Positions 8,501 to 15,660 are shown, numbered from the stretch's first letter. The stretch is 33,668 nucleotides of DNA from an archaeon (GCA_043821385.1 JBDRCV010000008.1:1-33668); one strand, 5' to 3'. Notes: generated from the letters alone by a model not told the origin. Program-made: numbers and translations.

Positions 8501-11500
8501 TGCCAGTTGTTAAACAAGGTTGGAGTAATTTCAATGTTGTTGTCTTGAGGTAACTGTAACCAGAATTCCGGTGAGTGAGAAAAGAACCTGAAAGCATAAT
8601 TAGAGTCATTTAGTTTAGCAGAAAATAAAGAGTTATCGTCTATATTAAAACTTTGAGTTAAAGGACTCCATAAAATTAATTCATTGCTTAAAGAATTTTT
8701 CAAGTAATTAATTTGAAGGTTTAAATCTAAAACGTTTATGTCAAAGAATTCATTACTAACAGTATAATCTGAACCATTTACAGCTAAATCCAAGTCAAGG
8801 CTTTTTGAAACTTTTAAGTCATCAAACAATACTTTTGACTCAATGGTTTCAAAACCAACCCCACCAGAAACAAAACTTGAATCAGTTGCAGTAACCAACT
8901 CATTGTCATCAAAAAAACAACTAATGCTTGAACTAACAGCTTTAGCTTTCAATGAATGCCAGCCATTAAAATCAAAACTTGCAAGACTAACCGGATTAGT
9001 TTCAGAACCATAATTAACTGAAACAAAATCAAGCAATGGAGTAATGTTGTTGTCAGAAGTTTCAAAAAACGCTTTAAACTGCAAGTAACGATTATTAGTT
9101 AAATTCAAATCAATAACATTAGCATCATAATAATAAGTGTTAATTGAACCATCAGGGCCAGCATAAGCAGGCCAACTAGCATTATCAGCATCAGTTCTAA
9201 ACTGGAATTTAATGTCTGCTTTTGAAGCTTGATAATGGTTCCAAATTTCTTTACCAGTTAATTCTTTTGAATAAAACTTTAAGTCATCAATTACTCCATG
9301 AAAGTTATCAGTGTTACCTCCCCAAGTAGCACCAACACCCATATCATAATTTGAACAAGTTGAAGGAACAACTGCAACAGAAGGAGTGCCGGATTGAACA
9401 ACACTTGCTTCAACTCCATTAATGTAAAGTTTTATTACTCCACCAACACTATCATAAGTTCCAGCAAGAAAATTCCACTTATTAACATCAAGCTTTTTAG
9501 ATGAACCAACCCAAACATCTGCGACCCCTGCACCTGAACTCACAACCCAGTAAACGTTTGAATCATTCTGCAAGTACAAGAAAGTGTGGTCTGTTTGATC
9601 ATAAATCATTCTCCACTCCCTGTTTCCCGGGTCAGTCCAAGAAGCATCAAAAGATTTAATCCAAACTTCAAAAGAAAACTCTGCACCGCCAAGAAAATCA
9701 TAACAAGACATAAAGTTATCGTCACCATCAAACATTAAACCAGAACTGATTCCATTCCTTCCAGTAACCCAAGTAGGCTTGTTAGCTGGATTACCTGTAC
9801 CACCAAGATTTCCTGTTCTAGCATTAAAACCAGCATCCTTACTTGTCACTCCAGTATTTTCATCAAAACGATAAAAAGCTATAAAGTTTTCATCAAAAAC
9901 ATCTGCCTGCCCGTAAAGATACCATTCATTAAAATCAAGAGTATTCCAAGTAACACCAGCAGTCCCAGAATCAAGTACAGTGGATTCAAGGTAACCAGAT
10001 TGACGCCAATTAAACGTAGTGTTAACGTCCTTGAATTCACTTACTCCGTTAACGTCAATTCTTTTATGAGCGTTCTGGTCTTCAATTACAAAAGTTTGCT
10101 TGTCAAAAAAAGTAACGTTAACGTCATACAAGCCATTATAATCCACACCACAATGAATGTCATTAGAACTGCCTTTCTCATAAACATCTCTAGAACAAAC
10201 CAAATTTGACTGCTGGTCAAAAACCCTAACTTTAGCACCCAAATCATGGTTTAAATCACCTAAACCAAGATCATTTTGATCTAACCTTACAACTAAATAA
10301 TTTAAGTCATCTCTAGAATTCCTGTAAAAATAATTATTGTTTCCTCCAACAAACAAGTCTAAATCGCCGTCATTATCATAATCTCCCCAAGCAAACGCGG
10401 CACCCTTGTTAGCACTTGAAATGCCAACCAAAGAACTAACATCAGTGAAAACATCACTGCCATCATTCCTCCATAACGCGTCCTTTTTTCCAACAACTAA
10501 ATCCAAGTCACCGTCATTATCATAATCGCCCCACGCACACTCTAAATAATTCCAAGCAGTCAAAGCTTTAACGTTAGTGAAAGACAATCCACCATCATTC
10601 CTAAAAATATTCGTGTTACCATAAGCAGCTAAACCAACATCAATATCCCCATCATTATCATAGTCACCCCAGCAAGCATCAGTTGCTGCAGCATTAAACT
10701 TTATCGGGTTAGTGATTTCAACAAAAGTTCCATTATCATTCCTAAAAAGCCTGTTAGTATTACTAACCCAGATTGGCAGAAAAATATCCATGTCGCCATC
10801 AGAATCAATGTCAACAAAACTAACTTCATAAGAAACATTACCATCATTTAAACCAACATGCTCTGCAGTAACATCAGAAAATTCTCCATTCAAGTCATTC
10901 CTAAACAACTGGTTTGGAGTATTAGCATTGTCACCAGTTAAATACAAATCAATATCTCCATCATTATCATAATCCCCCCAAGCCGCAGCACGATTATAGT
11001 TAGCTGTCTGACCGCCAACTTTTGCAGTACCAGTAACTTCAGTAAAAGTACTGTCACCATTATTTCGGAAAAGCTTGTTTGCAGCACCACGAATAATTAA
11101 ATACACGTCCTGATCCCCGTCATTATCATAATCAACCCAGTTAGCTTCCTGACCACCTTGAGCATTAGCAAGCCCAGCACTCACAGCAATATTAGTGAAA
11201 TTAAAGTTACCGTCATTCCTGTAAAGTTCGTCAGCTCTACCACCATAAACTACATGCAAATCTAAATCCCCGTCATTATCAAAGTCAACCCAGTTAACGC
11301 CTTGCTGCATTCCATTCTTGTTAGCCGCTTTAATGTTAACTCCAGCACCAATCGCTGTTTCCTCAAAATTACCATCCACATCCAATCCAAGCATTGCAGA
11401 ATCCTTAAAAACAACTAAATTCAAGTTAACGTCAGTGTCAGCTTCAAAGTCAGCGAACTCATCTTGAGTTAAGTCACCTGAAACACCACGAAAATTACTT

Positions 11501-12198
11501 TTCACTCCACCAGAATATTTTACTAAATCATACTCTAAAGCATTATTAATTTCACAAGCATAATAATTGCTTGAATCCTGCAAACGAAAAACAAGCCCTA
11601 AACCATTAACGTCAACAGTGTTAGGCTTAAAAATAGTTTCAACAAACAAGTCACTCCAATCACCATTAACATAACTTAAACCGTTAACATCAGAGTTAGA
11701 CTGAAAATAATAACGATTGCTTGCAGTCCAAGAACCAGAACTCTCAACCCAAGTCAAAGGTTTTGAATCATTGATTGCTTCATCTTCAAAGTTTTCCATT
11801 ACATCAACTACTCCGTCCTGCGAGAAAGCTAAAAGATTAGAATCCAAGAAAAACAATTGAGTTAAATTATCTCTGGTTGGATCAATCAAAGAATACAAGG
11901 AATTGCTTACAATTGAATAATACTGGTTTGAAACAATGTTATCATCACTGCCAAAAGATAACTGCACAGGGTAAAAAGCATTACAATCGTAAATAGAATT
12001 GTTACAGTAAGGAGCTAAATTCAACTGGTAAACGTTAGCCTTAACCGGCACGTCCTGAAAAGCCTGAATGTAAAGCGATTCAGTTAAAGCAACATCAAAA
12101 GATTGTCGTTCAGGAAGAAACTGCGGTAAAGCAATCAAAACAAACACTACAGCAAACAAAAAAATCATACTGCCAACAACCCAATCAATATAATGCAC
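5563..12198 (-). CDS. Giant (2211 aa) membrane-anchored extracellular protein: FG-GAP beta-propeller + ASPIC/UnbV-like + LamG + multiple concanavalin/DUF1080-like jelly-rolls; putative pilus-associated adhesin
   Basis: Uninterrupted 6.6-kb ORF. A GTG start at 12198 lies 8 nt after an AGGAGGG SD (12207-12213). The N-terminal hydrophobic helix is WVVGSMIFLFAVVFVLIAL. Seven FG-GAP/VCBS repeats (W[GV]DYDNDGD[LI]DL...[LF]FRNDG) are followed by an ASPIC-like segment. A LamG (Laminin_G_3-like) domain ends in HGVIDDLKFYSKELTGKEIW (9241-9300). At least four jelly-roll units end in ...FDDLKV, ...VADVNV, ...IDDFNV and ...FDNFSI. N-x-S/T sequons are numerous. Confidence 0.85.
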   Translation of the reverse strand: MHYIDWVVGSMIFLFAVVFVLIALPQFLPERQSFDVALTESLYIQAFQDVPVKANVYQLNLAPYCNNSIYDCNAFYPVQLSFGSDDNIVSNQYYSIVSNSLYSLIDPTRDNLTQLFFLDSNLLAFSQDGVVDVMENFEDEAINDSKPLTWVESSGSWTASNRYYFQSNSDVNGLSYVNGDWSDLFVETIFKPNTVDVNGLGLVFRLQDSSNYYACEINNALEYDLVKYSGGVKSNFRGVSGDLTQDEFADFEADTDVNLNLVVFKDSAMLGLDVDGNFEETAIGAGVNIKAANKNGMQQGVNWVDFDNDGDLDLHVVYGGRADELYRNDGNFNFTNIAVSAGLANAQGGQEANWVDYDNDGDQDVYLIIRGAANKLFRNNGDSTFTEVTGTAKVGGQTANYNRAAAWGDYDNDGDIDLYLTGDNANTPNQLFRNDLNGEFSDVTAEHVGLNDGNVSYEVSFVDIDSDGDMDIFLPIWVSNTNRLFRNDNGTFVEITNPIKFNAAATDACWGDYDNDGDIDVGLAAYGNTNIFRNDGGLSFTNVKALTAWNYLECAWGDYDNDGDLDLVVGKKDALWRNDGSDVFTDVSSLVGISSANKGAAFAWGDYDNDGDLDLFVGGNNNYFYRNSRDDLNYLVVRLDQNDLGLGDLNHDLGAKVRVFDQQSNLVCSRDVYEKGSSNDIHCGVDYNGLYDVNVTFFDKQTFVIEDQNAHKRIDVNGVSEFKDVNTTFNWRQSGYLESTVLDSGTAGVTWNTLDFNEWYLYGQADVFDENFIAFYRFDENTGVTSKDAGFNARTGNLGGTGNPANKPTWVTGRNGISSGLMFDGDDNFMSCYDFLGGAEFSFEVWIKSFDASWTDPGNREWRMIYDQTDHTFLYLQNDSNVYWVVSSGAGVADVWVGSSKKLDVNKWNFLAGTYDSVGGVIKLYINGVEASVVQSGTPSVAVVPSTCSNYDMGVGATWGGNTDNFHGVIDDLKFYSKELTGKEIWNHYQASKADIKFQFRTDADNASWPAYAGPDGSINTYYYDANVIDLNLTNNRYLQFKAFFETSDNNITPLLDFVSVNYGSETNPVSLASFDFNGWHSLKAKAVSSSISCFFDDNELVTATDSSFVSGGVGFETIESKVLFDDLKVSKSLDLDLAVNGSDYTVSNEFFDINVLDLNLQINYLKNSLSNELILWSPLTQSFNIDDNSLFSAKLNDSNYAFRFFSHSPEFWLQLPQDNNIEITPTLFNNWQSKDDNGITFSANWWTDSIFFDAFEDNNANDGYPGDWNEVSGNWQVLDSNYFELATDTNHTATIEDINYSNYVFKTKFKVANVGQKQVEFLVRYIDSKNFLAFVVSPEPASRNLEIRRYVNGVYTLIASADKTMVLNSWYNAKIYLDKDAIKFRVWRSIDSESSSWDIDSTDSGFNPGVNKGGIGLRAIESQLVVADVNVMPLYNEWLYRLPVSVNTGTIDQNFLAETKIDFSKALSRVSDSRALDANSIRVVEYSDQFTDNFNDANGWVFRDGNWFIENEMLKQGDLDDNSNAFVYLPHSNIDLQFTMKFDSNTHAMVYSHLQDSLKRFGHSAYIVDQNADSLTILKVSNDVKAEQSIIAAAAIAGTQYFYRITITDGLIKVWRDGTYLGSWQDSVPLRTGKFIAFDTVITRVSIDDFNVSSLDRKMFCLDANKLSPNTCSSVPSQFSFNSSTKIGDLNILVDVNSSDRKIRNYFVYFDVARDQNKLEISYPTKFNFQSLSNFSTINGLIQDNNSNNNYLTSNQLILHNSLDDNTTLTIDLMREDENNSSWVNLGYSFKKPLIVSSSIESLDVNYSVRVGFDTQSLIAAGKVLSDCNDVKVFDLKGNSLLDTIVMDCNSVDSNVFFKLQRSLPANTTSRDYAIAYGKSNAVFDSNALKALVAFDNFDDGNEDDGDPIDWDEINVSWAIVNKQYTQVNSSSVKGTVVDFVRDNNFWVDANVYIDETDATAGDHNVGIKFQRKGNIFYVAQINYTTPTPANPLPVALVKSNQIGPGQFEFQLLDFNDSTTINFQTWYKLSVKMVENNIKVFVDNNLLIDFNDSSPLPPGDIGLVTRGSKARFDNFSIRRAVLNPETVTVGNETKYGDCDVWLDENVTIGCAFNALLKFRYSPSNLGKTFTNTRYLTKPLISSLKVITTPDFNAFSSDLNYLLSFEKQDINLSYGSLISERFASVKSETFPYLYSDGKLKYSELKVRSQRK
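10340..11300 (-). repeat. Seven tandem coding repeats (FG-GAP blades) inside the giant gene
   Basis: The plus-strand DNA motif CC(A/G)TCATTATCATA(A/G)TC...CCCCA recurs near 11271, 11120, 10960, 10795, 10650, 10510 and 10370. The period is about 140-160 nt and each copy encodes D(N/S)DGD calcium-loop motifs. Confidence 0.75.
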
Positions 12199-12242
12199 TT
12201 TAAATACCCTCCTTTAAAAGAATAATTAAACTAATTATTAAA

Positions 12243-12761
12243 TTAACTGTAAGACGGTTTTTGCACTCTGATTTTAATTGTTTTAATTCCCCCGCTAAAA
12301 GAATTGTAATCAGCAAACAAAACATGTTGTCCTGAAAAAACCATTAAATTAGAGTCAGTTAAAATGTTAATGTCAGAACCAGTGAAATTGAGTCCGATTG
12401 AAAGCTGGTTGCCTGAACGAGAGTAAAAAATTCTTCCAACTACAGCAGAATAATTTTCGTCAATGATTTCACTTGAAACATGCTGTTTTAAAGTAATTGA
12501 ATCAGTATCAGAGTTAATGTCAATAAAACCATTCCTTAACTCAAATGAAACGCTTTTAGAGCTGCCGACACTTAAGTCTGCAACGTCTGTAATCACGGAA
12601 TTAATTTCAGTTACCAAGTCTTTTGCGTGCTCAAAGTCTCGAACATCATTCAATTTCTCAAAGTAAGGCAAGGCCAAAAAAGCAATAGAGAAAACAATAA
12701 TAACACTTAAAACAAACATGAATACAGCAATAACCAACTGGTTTACTCCTTTTTCATTCAA
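12243..12761 (-). CDS. Archaeal type IV pilin (class III signal peptide), paralog 3
   Basis: 172 aa starting (M)NEKG/VNQLVIAVFMFVLSVIIVFSIAFLA. The start must be TTG at 12761 (no in-frame ATG precedes the helix), overlapping the upstream stop as TTGA. It shares internal blocks with the other two paralogs (SVSFELRNGFIDINSDTDSITL; LSIGLNFTGSDINIL). Confidence 0.8.
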   Translation of the reverse strand: MNEKGVNQLVIAVFMFVLSVIIVFSIAFLALPYFEKLNDVRDFEHAKDLVTEINSVITDVADLSVGSSKSVSFELRNGFIDINSDTDSITLKQHVSSEIIDENYSAVVGRIFYSRSGNQLSIGLNFTGSDINILTDSNLMVFSGQHVLFADYNSFSGGIKTIKIRVQKPSYS

Positions 12762-13264
12762 GTCTTTCTCACTCTCACTAACGCCTTACTAGTTACCGAA
12801 TTAAAACCATTATAGTCAAGAATGATGTGATTGAATCCAGGAAACAAAGAAATGTTGTCGTCTAAAATTAAATCAACTCCCAAAGCATTAAAGTCAACAC
12901 TTAAAACAGCAAAATTGTCTGAAACACTTACAGAAAAGTTTTCATCAGAGAAAGTTGAATTGTTTGCAAGAAAACCTTCACCAACATTAATTTTGCTTGA
13001 CATGGTTTCAATGTCAGCATTAAAGTCAATTGAAAAATCCCTGAAAGTTAAATCTAATTGCTTGCTGGAAGAAGGCATTGACGCAACAGACAAAACCTCA
13101 ACTTTAATTAACTGTAAAGTATTTTTAGAGTTCTGGAATTCCGGAAGTTTCTGCCATTCCTGCACTTGATACAAGCCTTGAGTTAAAACAATTGAAATTA
13201 AAACAACAGCAAGAATTAACAAAAGCAATCCAGAAAAAATTGCCGAAACACCTTTATTATACAT
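12758..13264 (-). CDS. Archaeal type IV pilin (class III signal peptide), paralog 2
   Basis: 168 aa starting MYNKG/VSAIFSGLLLLILAVVLISIVL. A GGAGGA SD lies inside the end of the upstream gene. Paralog blocks are QLDLTFRDFSIDFNADIETM and LSVDFNALGVDLIL. Confidence 0.8.
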   Translation of the reverse strand: MYNKGVSAIFSGLLLLILAVVLISIVLTQGLYQVQEWQKLPEFQNSKNTLQLIKVEVLSVASMPSSSKQLDLTFRDFSIDFNADIETMSSKINVGEGFLANNSTFSDENFSVSVSDNFAVLSVDFNALGVDLILDDNISLFPGFNHIILDYNGFNSVTSKALVRVRKT

Positions 13265-13272
13265 AATAAACT

Positions 13273-13776
13273 TTATCCTCCAATCCTCTTAACGCTAACC
13301 CAAACAATTCCAGGCTGACTTCTTTCCTTTTTTACCACTAACTCATGCAATCCCTTGTTTAAAAACAAGTTGTTATCAAACCCAATAACAGAGTTAGAGT
13401 AATCCAAACCCAAAGTTAAACGATTACCAGTCCTTGAAATAAAAAAGTTTGTTTCACTATAATTAGAGTCAATGTCAAAATAACCCGCATTAATGTAATG
13501 ATGCAAGACTACAAGATTGTAATCAGAGTCAACGTTTAAATCAAAGTCCCTTAAATCAATTGAAATTAATTTGCTTGAACCACTTTCAAGCAATGAAACT
13601 TCATTAATGTTTTCCTCTAACCCGCGCAAAATGTTTGCAGCAATTTCAAAGTCAATAGTGTTCTGTGTTTCCTCCAAAAAAGGAAAACCAATCTGCGTTG
13701 CAACAGCAATCGAAACAACCGCAATAAATAACAACAACAAACTTGAAAGAAAAACATTAACTCCTCGCTCTAACAT
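13273..13776 (-). CDS. Archaeal type IV pilin (class III signal peptide), paralog 1 (first gene of operon)
   Basis: 167 aa starting MLERG/VNVFLSSLLLLFIAVVSIAVA. Paralog blocks are LISIDLRDFDLNVDSDYNLVVL and LTLGLDYSNSVIGF. Confidence 0.8.
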   Translation of the reverse strand: MLERGVNVFLSSLLLLFIAVVSIAVATQIGFPFLEETQNTIDFEIAANILRGLEENINEVSLLESGSSKLISIDLRDFDLNVDSDYNLVVLHHYINAGYFDIDSNYSETNFFISRTGNRLTLGLDYSNSVIGFDNNLFLNKGLHELVVKKERSQPGIVWVSVKRIGG

Positions 13777-13798
13777 GCAATAAAAAAGGTTAAAGTTG

Positions 13799-13806
13799 TT
13801 TTAAAT
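13799..13806 (-). promoter_or_regulatory. Candidate TATA box for the pilus operon (leaderless-type spacing)
   Basis: The minus strand reads ATTTAAAA, centred about 26 nt upstream of the ATG at 13776, in the 72-nt divergent intergenic region. No SD is present, which fits a leaderless first gene. Confidence 0.3.
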
Positions 13807-13848
13807 GTTGTGGGAAGAATTAAAAGCAGAAAAAACTTGTTATAATAT

Positions 13849-14433
13849 ATGCAAAAGAAAAACCTTTTTTCTAAGGGAACAACAATGCATGGTTTTCTTT
13901 CTGATTTAGGAATAATTCTTTTAGCTAAACGAAAAAAAGTTGAACACCAAAAAAAGAAAGACTTGCTTTTAGAAAAACTGCAGAGAGAAGAAATAAGAAT
14001 TAAAAACCAAATCAAGAAAATCCACAGTGAAAGAAAAAATTCATTCACGGAAAAAAGAAAGGAAGAAACTGTATTAACTGAATCCCAGCCACAACCACAA
14101 AACTTAAGAGCTTTAGAAAACTACAAAAAAGAATCATATCATAATGAAAGAATGCTTCGCTGTCAACACAAAATGCTTCAAATAATTGATGCTTTTGCAA
14201 ATGGTGACAGAAAAAAAGTTGAAGTATTTTCAACAGATTTAAGGAATTTTAGGACTAATGCAATCGTTTTAATGAGCAGGCAAATTAAAGAATTAACTAA
14301 AAGAGTTGGACAAAAAGAACTTGTAAATGCAATGAGCAGAGATACTTTAATTAAAAAACTGGATTCAGAGATTGCATTAATTGACAGAATGCTTAAAGTT
14401 AAAGACTGGCTAAAAGAAAAAGTTAAATTATAA
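13849..14433 (+). CDS. Basic coiled-coil protein, unknown function
   Basis: 194-aa ORF divergent from the pilus operon, K/R/E-rich with heptad character. The start is uncertain: the internal ATG at 13885 (MHGFLSD...) lies about 40 nt after the TTATAATATA box at 13839-13848. Confidence 0.45.
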   Translation: MQKKNLFSKGTTMHGFLSDLGIILLAKRKKVEHQKKKDLLLEKLQREEIRIKNQIKKIHSERKNSFTEKRKEETVLTESQPQPQNLRALENYKKESYHNERMLRCQHKMLQIIDAFANGDRKKVEVFSTDLRNFRTNAIVLMSRQIKELTKRVGQKELVNAMSRDTLIKKLDSEIALIDRMLKVKDWLKEKVKL

Positions 14434-14541
14434 GATTATAAAAAACATTCTTTTTTGGAAAAAACAAAGGCTTTTTAAACTAAAACAAGCTTAAATTATA
14501 ATAGATTTTTGTTAGAATTTAATATAATTATTGGTGGTAAA

Positions 14542-14988
14542 ATGAGTGAAAAAGAAGTAAAAGAAAAAGTTATAGAAGTTAAAGAAGAAGATAAAAAAGA
14601 AGTTAAAGAAGAAATTAAAGAAGAAGACATTGATGACTTGGAAGACGAAAAAACTGACGAATTAGTTGTAGAGGAAGGGTTTGCTTTCCCTAAAACAACT
14701 GTTGTAAGGTTAATGAGGAAGCATCTGGAACCAGGAAAACAAATTAAAGGAATAGTTAAAAGAGAAATGAATAAATGGATGGAAAAAATGGTTGTCAGAG
14801 TTACAAGCAAAATGAACGAACACCCTTACACTTACGTTGACTACGGAATGTTCAAAGAAGCAATTGAAACATACGAAAAAATTGAAGACATTGAACAAGA
14901 AAAAATAAGAATTATTAAGTACTTGGAAAAAATTAAAGCAGACTGCGATAGTCTAGCTAGAGACGTTGACAGAAAATTTGAAGTCTGA
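14542..14988 (+). CDS. Small histone-fold-like protein with acidic/lysine-rich N-terminal tail (tentative)
   Basis: ATG at 14542 follows a GGTGG SD (14533-14537); the track start at 14509 has none. The core FPKTTVVRLMRKHLEPGKQIKGIVKREMNKWMEKMVVRVTSKMNEHPYTYVDYGMFKEAIETY reads as helix-loop-long helix-loop-helix, like a histone fold (alpha1-L1-alpha2-L2-alpha3). It is preceded by about 45 residues of K/E/D-rich sequence. Confidence 0.3.
   Translation: MSEKEVKEKVIEVKEEDKKEVKEEIKEEDIDDLEDEKTDELVVEEGFAFPKTTVVRLMRKHLEPGKQIKGIVKREMNKWMEKMVVRVTSKMNEHPYTYVDYGMFKEAIETYEKIEDIEQEKIRIIKYLEKIKADCDSLARDVDRKFEV
14925..14988 (+). repeat. Direct repeat copy 1 (64 bp) = 3' end of the histone-fold-like gene including its TGA
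   Basis: GGAAAAAATTAAAGCAGACTGCGATAGTCTAGCTAGAGACGTTGACAGAAAATTTGAAGTCTGA matches 15968-16031 at 62 of 64 positions (mismatches at 14934 and 14953). Confidence 0.9.
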
Positions 14989-15097
14989 ACACAATCCCGC
15001 AGCCCTGCCAAAGAAACTTCATATTCTTGTTTAAAGAAATTACTTCTTTCTCCACATCATTTATGGCAGTCTTATTTCTAGAATTTCAAAAGAAAAG

Positions 15098-15107
15098 CTT
15101 TTAAATA
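15098..15107 (+). promoter_or_regulatory. Candidate TATA box for the PIN-like/UPF0175-like pair
   Basis: CTTTTAAATA is centred about 26 nt upstream of the ATG at 15129. No SD is present, giving leaderless-type spacing. Confidence 0.3.
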
Positions 15108-15128
15108 GTTTACATTATAATATATTGT

Positions 15129-15656
15129 ATGACAAACTTGCTTGTAGTATCTGATAGTAGTTCATTGATTCTTGCCACAAAAGCAGGATTACTTGAAGTT
15201 GTCTGCAAGGAATTCACAGTTGAAATCCCGGAAACAGTATTTGAGGAAACAGTGATTGCTGGCAAAAAACTGCAAAAAACAGACGCATTCAAAATAGAGG
15301 AAGCAATTCAAGAAAACAAAATACTTGTAAAGAAAGTAAAGCCAAGAAAAGAAAAAAAAGAAGAACAATGGTTCAAAGAATTCAATATTGATAAAGGAGA
15401 AGAAGAAGCCATAAAACTTTACATTCAAACAAAAGCAGACCTTTTGCTTGTTGATGATAAGCAGGCAATAAATACTGCAAGATTGCTGGAAATAAACTGG
15501 GTGACAGTTCCCACATTAATAGTGGAATTCACAAAAAAGCAAAAAATAACAAAAAAACAAGCTTTAGAGTCATTAAGAACAGTGCAAGAAGAAGGAAGAT
15601 ACAAACTTGACTTCATACTTGAAGCCATGAATGAAATTGAAAAAATTAACGGGTGA
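15129..15656 (+). CDS. PIN-like nuclease-fold protein (DUF3368/COG2405-like), putative toxin
   Basis: 175 aa. The N-terminus LLVVSDSSSLILATKAGLLEVV and the C-terminal LLLVDDKQAINTARLLEINWVTVPTLIVE resemble the DUF3368 PIN-like family that pairs with UPF0175. Confidence 0.6.
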   Translation: MTNLLVVSDSSSLILATKAGLLEVVCKEFTVEIPETVFEETVIAGKKLQKTDAFKIEEAIQENKILVKKVKPRKEKKEEQWFKEFNIDKGEEEAIKLYIQTKADLLLVDDKQAINTARLLEINWVTVPTLIVEFTKKQKITKKQALESLRTVQEEGRYKLDFILEAMNEIEKING

Positions 15657-15660
15657 TAAA

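Noticed and set aside
5915-10209. Five short plus-strand ORFs (60-92 aa) inside the giant gene
   Set aside because: They lie antisense to an uninterrupted 6.6-kb ORF that has clear domain content. That is expected by chance in AT-rich DNA.
10340-11300. Repeated DNA inside the giant gene, considered as a diversity-generating retroelement template/variable repeat pair
   Set aside because: The repeats are seven in-frame FG-GAP blades with ordinary divergence at all base types. I saw no reverse transcriptase, no near-identical non-coding template copy and no adenine-specific mismatch pattern.
12463-13783. Plus-strand ORFs 12463-12666, 12831-13169 and 13571-13783, antisense to the pilin genes
   Set aside because: They are shadow ORFs. 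The minus-strand genes have conserved class III leaders, paralog similarity and coupled stops and starts.
13770-14233. Minus-strand ORFs 13770-14048 and 14045-14233
   Set aside because: They are F/L/S/C-rich mirror images of the K/E-rich plus-strand ORF 13849-14433. The first would also overlap the pilin-1 start and the promoter region.
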